From: an uncultured Desulfovibrionaceae bacterium | Lineage (GTDB): Bacteria > Desulfobacterota > Desulfovibrionia > Desulfovibrionales > Desulfovibrionaceae | Length of the DNA stretch: 43,779 nt | Direction: 5' to 3' | NCBI GenBank assembly: GCA_964589455.1 | Contig: CAZPTC010000001.1 | Location: forward strand, 1 to 43,779 | Shown: one piece after another, positions 1-7,007 of the stretch | How positions within the stretch are numbered: the first letter of the stretch is position 1 | Layout: the number at the start of each line of letters is the position of its first letter | The notes under the pieces: generated by a model | The model's database searches: none | What the model was told of the DNA's origin: nothing | What the model saw: the letters and a program-made list of their open reading frames with translations, nothing else | Translations under genes and position numbers: made by a program

Positions 1-5
1 GTATA

Positions 6-40
6 CAAAAAGCCTCTCACCATTGGTGAGGGGCTTTTTG
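6..40. terminator. Hairpin flanked by an A-run and a T-run, probably a bidirectional intrinsic terminator downstream of moaA
   Basis: AGCCTCTCACC (11-21) pairs with GGTGAGGGGCT (25-35). AAAAA lies upstream and TTTTT downstream. It sits about 30 nt past the moaA stop. Confidence 0.6.
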
Positions 41-65
41 GTGCGCTTGTGGACGGCGCAAACCC

Positions 66-1067
66 TTACCCACCAATCTGCGCTAAATCTGGCTGACCTG
101 CCGGGCCAGCCAAGCTATTCCCCATAGGTTTGCGCTGCACAGCCAAAGTAAGCACACGCGCAAGCCTTGCATCAGTCATGGCTGGGTGGCGCAAAAGTGG
201 GGCAAGGCGTATTTCCTTTTGGCTATACAGGCAAAGGCGCAAATTGCCATTGTGCAGCACCCGCACGCGGTTGCAGGTGGCGCAAAAATGCTGGCTGCGC
301 GGGGTGATAAGGCCAAAACGCCCCTTGCCCTGTACATGGAAAATATTTTCACTTATTGCGGAAAGGCTGAACATACGCGCTGGGCCATCTGTGCTTTCCT
401 GCTGCGGCAAGGGGGTTAAACGCACCAGTTTTTGCGCTTCTGCCAAAATTTCCGGGCCTGTCCATATATCGTGCTGCCTATACTTTTTGCCAAAAGCCAT
501 AGGCTCAATAAAGCGCACATCTACTGCGTATTGCCGTGCAAATTCCAAGAACAAAGACAGCTCCACTTTATTAATAGGGCGCAAAGCCACCGCATTTATT
601 TTTAAGGGAACATGGTGCAGAAGCAAAGCATGCAGGCCTTTTTGCACATCTTTAAAAACAGCAGGGCTTGTGCGGGTTAACTGCGCAAATACTGTGGGGT
701 TAAAGGTATCTAAAGAAAAATTTACCCCAATACCAAGCTTTGCCAGTGTTTCTGCATGCTCTGCCACATACGCGCCATTGGTTGTGACGCGGATATCGCT
801 TCTTGGGTGTTCTGCCACAAAGGCCGCCAGAAAATCCATAAAGCCTGGACGCAAAAAGGGTTCCCCCCCTGTAAAACGAAATTTCTGCACCCCAAGGCCA
901 GCCAGAATACGGGCAAGACGCAGAATTTCCGCATACGCCAAAGAGTTTTGCGACAAGCCGGAAGGCGCTTCCTGGCAATACAGGCACGCAAAATTACAGG
1001 CATTTGTAACAGAAAAGCGGGCGTAGTTTACAGGCCTGCCAAAAGTATCTGCAAGTTGCGGGTTCAC
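66..1067 (-). CDS. moaA: GTP 3',8-cyclase MoaA (radical SAM, molybdenum cofactor biosynthesis)
   Basis: CNFACLYC radical-SAM motif; C-terminal CATCNRVRV...GNLRLCL second-cluster motif. The N-terminus from GTG at 1067 (V-N-P-QLADTFGR) aligns with E. coli MASQLTDAFAR. The track ORF extends to ATG 1145. GTG 1067 overlaps the upstream stop as GTGA. Confidence 0.9.
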   Translation of the reverse strand: MNPQLADTFGRPVNYARFSVTNACNFACLYCQEAPSGLSQNSLAYAEILRLARILAGLGVQKFRFTGGEPFLRPGFMDFLAAFVAEHPRSDIRVTTNGAYVAEHAETLAKLGIGVNFSLDTFNPTVFAQLTRTSPAVFKDVQKGLHALLLHHVPLKINAVALRPINKVELSLFLEFARQYAVDVRFIEPMAFGKKYRQHDIWTGPEILAEAQKLVRLTPLPQQESTDGPARMFSLSAISENIFHVQGKGRFGLITPRSQHFCATCNRVRVLHNGNLRLCLYSQKEIRLAPLLRHPAMTDARLARVLTLAVQRKPMGNSLAGPAGQPDLAQIGG

Positions 1068-2551
1068 ACATGCACCCCAAGTTTTTCCAGCATATATGCA
1101 AGCCTGTGCCTGTATGTATGTACGGCCAGCAATGCTTCCTGCCATGCCTTTTGCAGTTCTTCCTTATGCGCAGGGTGTGCCGCAAAATAGGTTGTTTTTT
1201 CTGCTACATCTTCATACTGGGCAAGTGTAATAGGTTTTGCAAGTTCTGCTGGGAACATAGCCAGCGCTTGCTGCGCAGTGCTGAGGAGAAAGCCACCTGC
1301 AGGCCACACATCAAAATGCCTTTGGGAAAGTCCTTGCGGCAATAATAAAGACCCTATATCCAGCGTATAATCTGCCGCATGGTAGAGCCGCGCAAGTTCC
1401 TGCCCGTATGCTATAGGCGGCTTTTGCCGTATACCAAGCAGGTTTTCCCAGCCTGCATCCCCATACACTTCCAAACCCAAAGGCAATGCCGCCTTTAACC
1501 ATGCCACCCTGTGCGTCTGGGAGCAAGCCTCTGCCCCCGCAGCCACAGCCCGCACCCCATTGCCAGGCCAAAAATGGGTTTCCCCGCTTCTGGCTGCCCA
1601 CCAATGGAAATGTGGCTGCCCCGCTGTTTCAAGCATGTGCATGGCCTCTGTAAGCAAGGCTTCCTGCACCTTTGCAGCCGCAAAGTATTGGTTCTTTTTC
1701 CCAAAGGCACTGGAGCCTACAAATATAAGCTTCCCCCTGCCCTGCACTTTCTCCAGTTTCCCTTCTTGCGCAAATATTTCACTTACACCTAATGGCAGAA
1801 CATACACATGTTCTGCCCCATGCGCCTGAAGTTGCGGCACAAAGGAAGGGTCTGTGACAAAAATATGCGCCTTTTTCCACCAAGGTGTGCGCAAGCCAGA
1901 AAGAATAAGCCAAGGGTTATCCACCAGCCATAAGGCTACGGGAATACCCAGTTCCTTGCAGGCATAAAACAGTAGGCCTTCATCTGCTTCTGCATCCCCC
2001 AAGAAGCCCCGCGCATTCACACTGAGTATATACGCAGGCGGTTTTTGCGCCAAGCTGCGTATTGTCAGGCTCTGGTTTTCCTGTACACAAAAGCCCATAG
2101 TCTGCAAGGCTTCTTTTAATTCTCCATGCAGCAACAACCCATGCTGCCCAGGCAGCCATACGCATTTTCCCGTATTATCCGCTTTTTGCGCCCTTTTTTC
2201 CCCAACCTGCACCTTTGCTGCCAGTGGCCCAAAAAAGGAAGGGAACAAGCGCAGCGCCTGCGTATGCAACCACACTGCCCCACCCTGCTCTAACATGCCT
2301 GCTACAGCTTGTGCAGATGCTGCACTCCCACTTCCCATTGGCACTATATATGCACCTGGGAAAAGTTTTTCATCGCCAGTTTGCGGCTCTGCCCCCTGCT
2401 CTTTTTCCTCGCACACAAGGCCAAGTACCACAGCCTGCGCGTTTGCCCCTGCTCCTGACCCTTCACGCAAACACGTATAGGCCCCCGCACCTGTTAACAA
2501 TGTGCGGGTTTGCCCTTGCTCGTCCTGCATTTGCGGCCTTCTGGTTTGCAT
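1064..2551 (-). CDS. CgeB-like / DUF3880-type glycosyltransferase-like protein (function unknown)
   Basis: 495-aa ORF. VDNPW motif and a C-terminal RHFDVWPAGGFLLS segment resemble CgeB-family GT1-like proteins. The N-terminal 100 aa are low-complexity and the start is uncertain. Confidence 0.5.
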   Translation of the reverse strand: MQTRRPQMQDEQGQTRTLLTGAGAYTCLREGSGAGANAQAVVLGLVCEEKEQGAEPQTGDEKLFPGAYIVPMGSGSAASAQAVAGMLEQGGAVWLHTQALRLFPSFFGPLAAKVQVGEKRAQKADNTGKCVWLPGQHGLLLHGELKEALQTMGFCVQENQSLTIRSLAQKPPAYILSVNARGFLGDAEADEGLLFYACKELGIPVALWLVDNPWLILSGLRTPWWKKAHIFVTDPSFVPQLQAHGAEHVYVLPLGVSEIFAQEGKLEKVQGRGKLIFVGSSAFGKKNQYFAAAKVQEALLTEAMHMLETAGQPHFHWWAARSGETHFWPGNGVRAVAAGAEACSQTHRVAWLKAALPLGLEVYGDAGWENLLGIRQKPPIAYGQELARLYHAADYTLDIGSLLLPQGLSQRHFDVWPAGGFLLSTAQQALAMFPAELAKPITLAQYEDVAEKTTYFAAHPAHKEELQKAWQEALLAVHTYRHRLAYMLEKLGVHV

Positions 2552-2599
2552 GGTAATTTTTCTCTTTTGCTTTGGGCCGTTTTATGCTACAAATCCCGC

Positions 2600-3247
2600 A
2601 TGAAAACATACAGGGATCACTATTTCCTTAAAGCCAAGGCAGAAAACTACCCTGCCCGCTCAGTCTATAAGCTAAAGGAAATGGACGCAAAATTCAAGCT
2701 TTTCAAAAAAGGCATGAAAGTACTAGACCTTGGGGCAGCCCCCGGTTCATGGAGTCTTTACGCCGCAGAAAAAGTTGGCCCCCAGGGTTTTGTGCTGGGC
2801 GCAGACCTGCAAGAAACCCAAACATCCTTTCCCCCGCATGTTCTTTTTCTTACAGAAAACGTCTTTGAGCGCAGCCCTGCCTTCAATACACTGCTTGCCC
2901 AAAAAGCCCCTTTCCATATTGTTATGAGCGATATGGCCCCTTCCACCACTGGCACCCGCTTTACAGACCAGACACGATCTTTAGAATTGTGCATGGAAGC
3001 TCTTGAAGTTGCCAAGCTGTATCTTCAGCCGCACGGCCATTTTATCGCCAAAATATTTATGGGGCCGGACTACCAAATGTTTTCCACTGCCCTAAAACCC
3101 CTCTTTACCTCCAGCAAAACATTTAAGCCCCAAAGCTCCCGCGCGGAAAGTAAAGAAATTTTTGTCATAGCCATGGGCTTTAAAGGCCTGCCCAGCCGCG
3201 AACAGACCGACCCTCCAGACAGTCCCGCTCCCTCCACCCTGCCCTAA
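2600..3247 (+). CDS. rlmE: 23S rRNA (uridine-2'-O)-methyltransferase RlmE/FtsJ
   Basis: YRDHYFLKAKAENYPARSVYKL...VLDLGAAPGSWS matches the FtsJ N-terminus and SAM motif. ATG at 2600 (MKTYRD) is preferred over track start 2510, which would overlap the divergent gene. Confidence 0.9.
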   Translation: MKTYRDHYFLKAKAENYPARSVYKLKEMDAKFKLFKKGMKVLDLGAAPGSWSLYAAEKVGPQGFVLGADLQETQTSFPPHVLFLTENVFERSPAFNTLLAQKAPFHIVMSDMAPSTTGTRFTDQTRSLELCMEALEVAKLYLQPHGHFIAKIFMGPDYQMFSTALKPLFTSSKTFKPQSSRAESKEIFVIAMGFKGLPSREQTDPPDSPAPSTLP

Positions 3248-3277
3248 TCTTTTACTTTTATTTTTTTCGGAGGAACC

Positions 3278-4021
3278 ATGTCTGGACATAGCAAATGGGC
3301 CAATATACAGCACCGTAAAGGCCGTCAGGATATCAAACGCGGTAAGGACTTCACCAAAGCCGCCAAAGAAATTATTATTGCCGCCAAAGGCGGCGGCGAC
3401 CCAGCCGGCAACTCGCGCCTGCGCGCCGCCATTGCTGCCGCTAAAGCCGTTAACCTGCCTAAAGATAAAATTGAATCTGCCATACGCAAAGGCACTGGCC
3501 AGGAAGCTGGTGGCGATATTTTTGAAATTACCTACGAAGGGTACGGCTCCGGCGGCATAGCCATTATTGTGGAAACAGCCACGGATAATAAAAACCGCAC
3601 AGTGGCAGAAGTGCGCCATATATTCACCAAGCACGGCGGCTCCCTTGGGGAGTCTGGCTCTGTTGCCTGGATGTTTGACAAAAAAGGCGTTATCCGCCTG
3701 CCTAAAGCCCAATATCCCACAGAAGACCAGGTTATGGAGCTTGCCCTGGAGGCTGGCGCAGACGACGTGCAAGACGATGACGAAGCCTGGGAAATTCACA
3801 CCACCTTTGAAGACTTTGCAACCGTGCGCGATGCCTTGGAAAATGCAGGTGTGACAATGGAAGAAGCTTCCCTTGCCATGCTGCCTAAAACCCCTGTGCC
3901 TGTAGACGCAGACACTGGCCGCAAAGTGCTTAAACTTATGGACGCCTTGGAAGACTTTGACGACGTCCAGAATGTGTTCAGCAACTGCGACTTCCCCGAT
4001 GATTTAATGGCAGAAATGTAA
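3278..4021 (+). CDS. yebC: YebC/PmpR family DNA-binding transcriptional regulator
   Basis: [19 protein letters not shown]-terminus is diagnostic; 247 aa. Confidence 0.92.
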   Translation: MSGHSKWANIQHRKGRQDIKRGKDFTKAAKEIIIAAKGGGDPAGNSRLRAAIAAAKAVNLPKDKIESAIRKGTGQEAGGDIFEITYEGYGSGGIAIIVETATDNKNRTVAEVRHIFTKHGGSLGESGSVAWMFDKKGVIRLPKAQYPTEDQVMELALEAGADDVQDDDEAWEIHTTFEDFATVRDALENAGVTMEEASLAMLPKTPVPVDADTGRKVLKLMDALEDFDDVQNVFSNCDFPDDLMAEM

Positions 4022-4034
4022 AAACAGGAAGAGT

Positions 4035-4059
4035 TTTGGGGGAAATAATTTCCCCCAAA
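4035..4059. repeat. G5/C5 palindromic hairpin (TTTGGGGGAAAT-A-ATTTCCCCCAAA), one member of a recurring intergenic family
   Basis: Perfect 12-nt arms immediately after the yebC stop. Related copies lie at 9286-9305, 23935-23957, 23966-23986 and 24005-24023. Confidence 0.7.
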
Positions 4060-4215
4060 CCCCCTTGTATAAACTTGTACTGCTTGCAAAACACAAAACT
4101 GCCCCGACCACACCACAGAAAATAATGCCCTTGTGCGCTTGTTAGAACCGCGCTATTTTTCCGCTACCTCCTTAAAACTGGACAGCGCGAAATCTAACCC
4201 CGCAAGGAGGATGGT

Positions 4216-4296
4216 ATGTATACGCATATCATGCGTGCCGCTATTGTGGTAGCAATTATCCTTCTGTGCTTGTTGCTGAAAAGCAGTAGTCACTAG
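4216..4296 (+). CDS. 26-aa hydrophobic peptide, copy 1 (candidate type I toxin / small membrane protein)
   Basis: AAGGAGG at 4204-4210, then ATG 5 nt downstream. Product is MYTHIMRAAIVVAIILLCLLLKSSSH. A terminator hairpin follows 17 nt after the stop. The ORF is intact in both repeat copies with only conservative changes. Confidence 0.5.
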   Translation: MYTHIMRAAIVVAIILLCLLLKSSSH

Positions 4297-4312
4297 AATA
4301 TAGGTAATGGTT

Positions 4313-4352
4313 GACCCCGGTAGTGGTTGCACACTGCCGGGGTCCTTTTATT
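4313..4352 (+). terminator. Intrinsic terminator of small ORF copy 1
   Basis: GACCCCGG-T-AGTG ... CACT-G-CCGGGGTC stem followed by CTTTTATT. Confidence 0.7.
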
Positions 4353-4443
4353 AAAACCTTTAACCGGGTTTTAAGGAGAAGGGGTTCGCGCGGGGGGCAG
4401 GGTGTAACAAGCACCTTGCCCCTGTCCTTTTCCTCATAGGCAT

Positions 4444-4472
4444 AAAATAAAATGCTTTAAAAAACCTGTCAA
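4444..4472 (-). promoter_or_regulatory. Candidate sigma-70 promoter convergent on small ORF copy 1 (possible antisense RNA)
   Basis: The minus strand reads TTGACA (4472-4467), a 17-nt spacer, then TATTTT (4449-4444). The same arrangement is present in copy 2. Confidence 0.4.
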
Positions 4473-4608
4473 GTATAACTGCTTATACTTTTAGGGCTTC
4501 GCTTTTACTGAAGAAAAAATAATAGCCGCTGCTGGCATACATGCGTTATTTTTCCGCGACCTCCTTAAAACTGGGCAGCGCGAAATCTTACCCCGCAAGG
4601 AGGATGGT

Positions 4609-4689
4609 ATGTATACGCATATCATGCGTGCCGCTATTGCGGTCATTATTATCCTTCTGTGCTTGTTGCTGAAAAGCAGTAGTCACTAG
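4609..4689 (+). CDS. 26-aa hydrophobic peptide, copy 2
   Basis: AAGGAGG at 4597-4603, ATG at 4609. Product is MYTHIMRAAIAVIIILLCLLLKSSSH. Confidence 0.5.
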   Translation: MYTHIMRAAIAVIIILLCLLLKSSSH

Positions 4690-4705
4690 AATATAGGTAA
4701 TGGTT

Positions 4706-4745
4706 GACCCCGGTAGTGGTTGCACACTGCCGGGGTCCTTTTATT
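4706..4745 (+). terminator. Intrinsic terminator of small ORF copy 2
   Basis: Identical to the hairpin plus T-run at 4313-4352. Confidence 0.7.
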
Positions 4746-4835
4746 AAAACCTTTAACCGGGTTTTAAGGAGAAGGGGTTCGCGCGGGGGGCAGGGTGCTT
4801 CAACACCTTGCCCCTGTCCTTTTCCTCATGGGCAT

Positions 4836-4864
4836 AAAATAAAGAGCTTTAAAAAACCTGTCAA
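4836..4864 (-). promoter_or_regulatory. Candidate sigma-70 promoter convergent on small ORF copy 2
   Basis: TTGACA (4864-4859), 17-nt spacer, TATTTT (4841-4836) on the minus strand. Confidence 0.4.
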
Positions 4865-4927
4865 GTATAACAACTTATACTTTTAGGGCTATCCATTTGC
4901 TCAAAGAAAATAATAGCCGCAACTACC

Positions 4928-6640
4928 CTAAAACGTAAAGCCCAGCTTTTTCATGGCCTGCATACCACCAAGGGAGTTTTGGGTTTCTATGCCGTGTTTG
5001 CGCAATATAAGCTGCGATTCGTATGCGCGTGTGCCAGAATTGCAGATAAGGGCAATGGGCTTATTGCGGGGTATTTCATCCAGCCTTTCCTGCAGTTCTT
5101 CCAAAGGAATAGCCAGCCAAGTGCCTTCATACTTATGGGCAAGGTCAAGGCCAGCGCGGCCGGGGCGCACATCCAGGAAGCAGTAGTTGTTGTGCTCACG
5201 GTTTTCAAACAGTTCCACAAACTCCAAGGGGCTGATGCTCTTATGCACGCCTGCAAGCACGTTATCCGCCACATTGGCAGCAGAGTTGATAACATCCATG
5301 GCAGAAGCAAAAGGCGGCGCGTATGCCACTTCCAGATTAGAAAGGTCTTCCAAAGTAGGCTTTGAGAATTGCAGCATGGCGGCAACCGCGTCTATACGCG
5401 CTTTAAGGGCAATGCCATCTGCGCATACGCCCTGCACACCAAGCAGGCGGCGGGTGGGTTTATCCACCACCACTTCCAAAGTCATCATGGTTTTTTCCGG
5501 GTAGAAGTGGGCGCGGTCAAGCTGCTCCATATTCACGCTTATGGCGTCAAAACCTTCGCGCTTTGCAGCGGCATGGGTAAGGCCTGTGCCAACAGCGCTC
5601 ATTTTATTCAATTTTACGCACCAGGTACCCACAACACCGGGGAAATGGGCATTGCCACCGGCAAGATTGGTGCCAATAACACGGCCTTGTCTGTTAGCCA
5701 TAGAGCCAAGGGGCAAATATACCTGCTTGCCTGTGATAAGGTTTGGCACAACGCAGCAGTCACCACCTGCAAAAATAGCAGGGTCAGAGGTGCGCATGGC
5801 AGTGTCTACCACAACGCCGCCCTTGGGGTGACATGCAAGGCCAGCGGCCTCTGCAATTTGGGAATTAGGGGCAACACCAACAGAGAAAATAACAAGATCA
5901 GCGGGAATTTGGCGCTTATCTGTAATAACTTCAGCTACGCTGTTATCCTCATTGCCTTTAAGGGCAGTTACCTTTTCGCCGGTAAGCACATTGATGCCAA
6001 GCTCTTCCAAGTCAAACTTTGCCATTTGGGCAAGCACAGGAGAAAGCTGGCCAGGGAGTATCTGGTCAAAAATTTCTATAACAGTGGTAGGTATGCTCCA
6101 CATATCTGCCAAAGCAACGGCCATTTCAAGGCCAATAAAGCCACCGCCCACAATAACGGCGCTGTTAACTTTGCGCTCTGTGCACAGTTCGTGTACAGCC
6201 TTGGCGGCTTCTAAATTGGTAACGGTAGTAACATTTTTAAGGGTATTGCCTTCAATGGGGGGCACACGAGGTGTAGCGCCTGTGGCAATAACCAGCTCAT
6301 CGTACGGTAAATCTGAACGCACACCAGAGCTAAGATTTTCTACAGTCACGGTTTTTTTATCGCGGTTAATGGCAAGGGCGCGGGTATGGGTAAGCACGTC
6401 CACGCCTTTTAGGTCGTGAAAAAATTGGGGGTCGCGCACGACATTGGCAGATGTAGCACGCAAAGCGTCCAGCTTGCCTACTTCGCCAGAAACAAAATAC
6501 GGGATGCCACAACCACCATAAGATATAAAGGAGCCTTCATCCACCATAGTAACAGTGGCGTCAGGCATAAGACGCTTGGCGCGCGCTGCTGCCTTGGGGC
6601 CAAGTGCAACACCGCCGATAATGAGAATGTTTTTGGGCAT
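4928..6640 (-). CDS. FAD-dependent pyridine nucleotide-disulfide oxidoreductase with C-terminal rhodanese domain (CoADR-RHD / persulfide-reductase-like)
   Basis: ILIIGGVALGPKAA FAD motif; SYGGCGIPYF redox-Cys motif of CoA-disulfide reductase/NADH oxidase; second GGGFIGLE dinucleotide fold; C-terminal rhodanese loop CNSGTR. Start taken at MPKNIL (6640). The track extension to 6832 has no homology logic. Confidence 0.88.
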   Translation of the reverse strand: MPKNILIIGGVALGPKAAARAKRLMPDATVTMVDEGSFISYGGCGIPYFVSGEVGKLDALRATSANVVRDPQFFHDLKGVDVLTHTRALAINRDKKTVTVENLSSGVRSDLPYDELVIATGATPRVPPIEGNTLKNVTTVTNLEAAKAVHELCTERKVNSAVIVGGGFIGLEMAVALADMWSIPTTVIEIFDQILPGQLSPVLAQMAKFDLEELGINVLTGEKVTALKGNEDNSVAEVITDKRQIPADLVIFSVGVAPNSQIAEAAGLACHPKGGVVVDTAMRTSDPAIFAGGDCCVVPNLITGKQVYLPLGSMANRQGRVIGTNLAGGNAHFPGVVGTWCVKLNKMSAVGTGLTHAAAKREGFDAISVNMEQLDRAHFYPEKTMMTLEVVVDKPTRRLLGVQGVCADGIALKARIDAVAAMLQFSKPTLEDLSNLEVAYAPPFASAMDVINSAANVADNVLAGVHKSISPLEFVELFENREHNNYCFLDVRPGRAGLDLAHKYEGTWLAIPLEELQERLDEIPRNKPIALICNSGTRAYESQLILRKHGIETQNSLGGMQAMKKLGFTF

Positions 6641-7007
6641 AAAATTCCCCTTAGCAAAAGGTGAAGAGAGGCGATTGCCTCGCAGGAGAAAAACGCGCAA
6701 TGCGTTGCATTTATACTGCATTGGAAGGACAGATAAATGCCGCGTTAAGTATAGCCTGAAAGACAGGTAAAAAGCAAGTAGGGAAGTGTGGGAAATGGCT
6801 TTTGTCGAAACTGCTGACACCACCGGTAACATGGGAAAAGGGGAAAGAGCGAAACCGTTTTATGCTGTAAAGTCAGCCATATAAAAATATGTTTTTTTAC
6901 TTTGCGCAGGCAGAGAAAATACTCTATATGTACTGGTTCAAAGTATATATGCGCCATTCTGCAGATACCTGATGCGCGCATGTTGGAACAAAAAAAGGAG
7001 CAAACCC

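Larger units (their letters stand above)
4150..4920 (+). repeat. Tandem direct duplication, two units in a 393-nt register (about 4150-4530 and about 4543-4920)
   Basis: Hand alignment gives roughly 92% identity. Differences cluster in three codons of the small ORF, in two hairpin loops and at the unit junctions. Confidence 0.9.

Noticed and set aside
130-1026. Long opposite-strand or overlapping track ORFs inside confidently assigned genes. Examples: 130-1026, 3092-3799, 5369-6214, 18431-19144, 19684-20151, 22265-22876, 32387-33130, 35070-35780, 36033-36728, 38580-39230, 39261-40040
   Set aside because: All lie antisense to, or out of frame with, genes that have clear family signatures. Their translations are low-complexity or biased (Cys/Arg/Lys-rich) with no recognisable motifs. 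They are typical shadow ORFs.
4360-4443. 27-codon minus-strand ORF (MPMRKRTGARCLLHPAPRANPFSLKPG) downstream of the convergent promoter in copy 1
   Set aside because: In copy 2 the same frame hits a stop after about 11 codons (…AGG TGT TGA) because of the loop differences. The region is therefore more likely non-coding RNA.
4704-4886. 60-aa track ORF (TTG start) running through the terminator and hairpins of repeat copy 2
   Set aside because: It starts inside the terminator stem. The equivalent frame in copy 1 is shifted by the 1-nt indel in the hairpin loop and ends differently, so the protein is not conserved between copies. There is no RBS.
6641-6832. N-terminal extensions of track ORFs (4928-6832, 32141-33712, 23933-25342, 2510-3247, 29063-30661, 16499-17305, 9315-12530)
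   Set aside because: Family alignments, signal peptides or RBS positions indicate downstream starts. Some extensions would translate intergenic repeats or overlap divergent genes.
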